Shown here: positions 61,488 through 64,000 of the stretch, piece after piece
Layout: every line of letters starts with the position of its first letter
Position numbering within the stretch: position 1 is the first letter of the stretch
IMG/VR virus record: IMGVR_UViG_3300043411_000921
Span: 1-64,000 of that record
Length of the DNA: 64,000 bases
Reading direction: 5' to 3' (one strand)
Program-made: the position numbers and the translations under genes
The notes under the pieces: model-generated
What the model was told of the DNA's origin: nothing
Database searches by the model: none
What the model saw: only the letters and a program-made list of their open reading frames with translations

Positions 61488-62083
61488 AACCAATGAACCT
61501 AAAAATGGTTCCAGTGGTTGTTGGTGGTTCTGGGGAAAAGAAGGTGGAGTTGTCTGTGAGTTCTGACTATGTGATGGACATTGTTGGAACTCGTCTTTCT
61601 CTCTTTCCCTGGGAAGCACAAAACCTTGCCGACGTTCTTCAATGCGTTCTTCCTTCCCCAAGACTTGTTGATCTCATCTGGGAAAAGGCGGACTTGAAGT
61701 TGGAACCAAAGAGTCTTTCAACAAACAGAGGAAGTCAAGCTACGCTGATCCAACACAACAACCTCATCAATCAACAAATCAATAGCCGCGAATTCACTTT
61801 GGTTGCTGGACACAAGAAAGACATTGTGTTGAGCAGCAGAATTCCAGCAGGGAAGGTTGTGATTTATGGTTGGCACAAGTTGGATGGCAAACCAATCCAA
61901 CCAGAAAGCTCTATACATTCAGCTTCCTACAAAGACTATTCTCACGGAACAAGATTGATCAGCAGGAAGGTTGTGGTGGATGGTGTTGGTATGGACATCT
62001 GGGATGCGGTCAACACTCCAACCTGGAAACAACTCATCGAATCAAGAACTCTCGTCCGAGCATATCCAGCCAACAAACCATGA
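61484..62083 (+). CDS. Conserved uncharacterised protein (AGHKKD / IYGWH / DYSHG family)
   Basis: Motif set; GTGA coupling. Confidence 0.65.
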   Translation: MKPMNLKMVPVVVGGSGEKKVELSVSSDYVMDIVGTRLSLFPWEAQNLADVLQCVLPSPRLVDLIWEKADLKLEPKSLSTNRGSQATLIQHNNLINQQINSREFTLVAGHKKDIVLSSRIPAGKVVIYGWHKLDGKPIQPESSIHSASYKDYSHGTRLISRKVVVDGVGMDIWDAVNTPTWKQLIESRTLVRAYPANKP

Positions 62084-62661
62084 AACTCTCTGAAATCCTC
62101 TTTCCCAACGAAATCACATCAGCACTCAGAGACTTCTTTGAAAACAACAACAAGGAATCGCTCAGGAAGGTGTTTTCCAGGCTTCCAAAATCCCCAGACG
62201 GACTCAGGGTCTATCGGGGAATGAAAGTCACAGATAAGGCGTATAGAGCCCTTAGCGACGATGTGACATTTTCAAGGGAAGAAACAGACCGAAATGGAAC
62301 CGAATATAAACTCTTCAAAGGAAGGGGAATGGTTCCTGGTCCTGGAGATATTCAAAGCTGGACTACCAACCCTGGTGTCGCCATTCAATTCGCTGTTGAC
62401 CCAGAAAGAAGTGGTGAAGAAGGCGGTGAGATTATCGTCGTCTTTGTTGCTGAGACGGGAAAGGGCGGAAATGATTTTGCTGGAGAACCTGGAAAGCTTG
62501 CTCAGGGGACTTCAAGAGAACACGAACGGGAAGTTGTTTCTTATGGTCCTGTGGGGTTTGTTGGCTTTGCTGTGTCTATCCCGGCAGACGATGGTTTCTT
62601 CGGAAGGAATCCAACACTTGTCAATGTTTCCGTGCTAAAACAGATGTTGTCACAATCCTAG
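62080..62661 (+). CDS. ADP-ribosyltransferase-like protein (R-S-E type)
   Basis: VYRGM, QSWTT..VA..FA, EHEREVV. Confidence 0.65.
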   Translation: MKLSEILFPNEITSALRDFFENNNKESLRKVFSRLPKSPDGLRVYRGMKVTDKAYRALSDDVTFSREETDRNGTEYKLFKGRGMVPGPGDIQSWTTNPGVAIQFAVDPERSGEEGGEIIVVFVAETGKGGNDFAGEPGKLAQGTSREHEREVVSYGPVGFVGFAVSIPADDGFFGRNPTLVNVSVLKQMLSQS

Positions 62662-63234
62662 TCTCTTCCCACCAACAACAACCACCCAAGCATCAGCAGC
62701 ATCCTTCATCTCTGGAACAGGGATTTCTTTCCCCTTCATCTTTCCAGCTTTTGGAATGTAAGTCTTCCAAGGAAACTCAGGATGAAGTGTTTGAACAAAC
62801 TCAAACACTTTGTCTTTTACAGGGCGTTTGTCCGCCTTGGTGTTTTTGAAACCAATCGCTCCACGAGCTTTGGTGACATTGACCGAAGAGACGTTTGGAG
62901 TGAATTGTTTGTAACAGAGATATGAGATGAGTGCGTTGAACTTTGCAAGAGTCATAAGCACATCTGCACTGCTCAAACCACCAGCAAACATCTTTGCGTT
63001 TTCCTCCACAAACACTTTCTCTGGTTTTTTAATCCCATTCCTCAACAAATAACCACAAACTTCATCAATCACATAATCGGCCTTCTCAAACAAAGAAAGG
63101 TCTGCTGGGACTTTGATGTAGTCCAGCAGAACCAGTTCTTCTGTCTTTGAGTCGATGATGCTGATTCCAGTACAGGAAGTGGAGATGTCAAGACCAATCA
63201 AATAGGACTTTTCGCTTTCAGGAGTGTTTGTCAT
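62650..63234 (-). CDS. RuvC-like Holliday junction resolvase
   Basis: IGLDISTSCTG, VFVEE, K..V, DAADA. Confidence 0.8.
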   Translation of the reverse strand: MTNTPESEKSYLIGLDISTSCTGISIIDSKTEELVLLDYIKVPADLSLFEKADYVIDEVCGYLLRNGIKKPEKVFVEENAKMFAGGLSSADVLMTLAKFNALISYLCYKQFTPNVSSVNVTKARGAIGFKNTKADKRPVKDKVFEFVQTLHPEFPWKTYIPKAGKMKGKEIPVPEMKDAADAWVVVVGGKRLGL

Positions 63235-64000
63235 TCTTATGTTGTAACACACTCTTCCAGGTTGATTTCAGAGATTCCTTTACAAAATGCTTGATCGTTC
63301 TTTCATTGACTTGGTTTGATGCCATGTCAAAGATTTTCTCATAGGTGAAGCCTGGATTGGCACGCAGAATTTCATTCTTCTGGTAGTAGTCAAACACACT
63401 CTTGAGACGCTCGTAAATGTCTGCGGGTGGATTTGGAAGGGTGGCGGAATCAACCTGATCCTTCAACACAGCTTCATGACCATTGGTGTAATAACTCTTG
63501 CCATTTGGAAGCTGGAGTAGGAAGTAAGCGTCATAAGCAAAACCGCTTGTTGAGGGTTTCTGAATCCTTTGAAACTTGACAGGATTCAGAAGTGCTTTCA
63601 GCTTCAAAGCTGTTGACTTGTTGTTGTATGCGTCAATCGGAGCATCAAGAACCTTGGAAAGATCAACAACATAGTCGAGGTATTCATCTTTTGGTTCTGT
63701 GCTGCCTTGCCCTTCAATCCCGGAGATTCTTTTCTCTGTTGGGGAATAAGTCGCAACGACATGAGGAGTTCCCTTGGGATCAAACAAGCTGATTATTGTT
63801 CGTTTTGGGTCAGTTCCCATAACGCCCACACTTCCACAATTTTTCATCTTCTTCCCAAGAATCTCGCACTTGTCCCCGGCATCAATCCACTTCCAGCCGT
63901 TTCCGTAAGTTTTGATCGGTGTTTTGTCAGAGAAAAGGAATTTCTCTTCGTATTTGTCACTGGCTTTTTCATAAGCCAACCTGGAATATGGAGCAAGATC
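63218..64000 (-). CDS. Partial CDS (5' end outside window), putative virion protein with PcfJ-like domain
   Basis: Frame open to window edge; MKNCG..IISL..PHV..I..I.G; C-terminal IKHFVKES. Confidence 0.55.
   Translation of the reverse strand, partial: DLAPYSRLAYEKASDKYEEKFLFSDKTPIKTYGNGWKWIDAGDKCEILGKKMKNCGSVGVMGTDPKRTIISLFDPKGTPHVVATYSPTEKRISGIEGQGSTEPKDEYLDYVVDLSKVLDAPIDAYNNKSTALKLKALLNPVKFQRIQKPSTSGFAYDAYFLLQLPNGKSYYTNGHEAVLKDQVDSATLPNPPADIYERLKSVFDYYQKNEILRANPGFTYEKIFDMASNQVNERTIKHFVKESLKSTWKSVLQHKNDKHS

Overview
This window looks like a 64-kb slice of a large, probably lytic, dsDNA (jumbo-type) phage genome. Genes are tightly packed, translationally coupled and mostly on the minus strand; I found no integrase, transposase or rRNA. 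(1) The first ~11 kb is an early-type region with 9 pentapeptide-repeat genes, small membrane proteins, a RadA/Sms-like ATPase and an atypical tRNA. It is driven by a repeated composite promoter: a minus-strand sigma70 -35/-10 with an inverted sigma54-consensus box (TGGCAC-N5-TTGCA) at a fixed 20-21 nt distance. (2) About 85-90 small (60-130 aa) paralogous ORFs with an SH3/KOW-like beta-barrel signature fill roughly 40% of the window. They form tandem sub-family blocks that include recent duplicates and broken copies. (3) Scattered enzymes include an Rnl1 RNA ligase, a P-loop kinase, two metallophosphoesterases, MnmA, a Zn deaminase, a DEDDh exonuclease, an ATP-grasp ligase, an amidoligase, a GGCT, a glycosyltransferase, a Dps/ferritin-like protein, an ADP-ribosyltransferase-like protein and a RuvC-like resolvase. 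Many of these sit behind leaderless promoters. (4) A set of putative late/virion genes shares a TA(T/G)TT(A/G) upstream motif and an N-terminal L-x-x-L-I...L-E peptide. (5) A ~110-bp bipartite, helically phased element occurs 7 times. All functional calls come from reading motifs by eye; no database searches were run.
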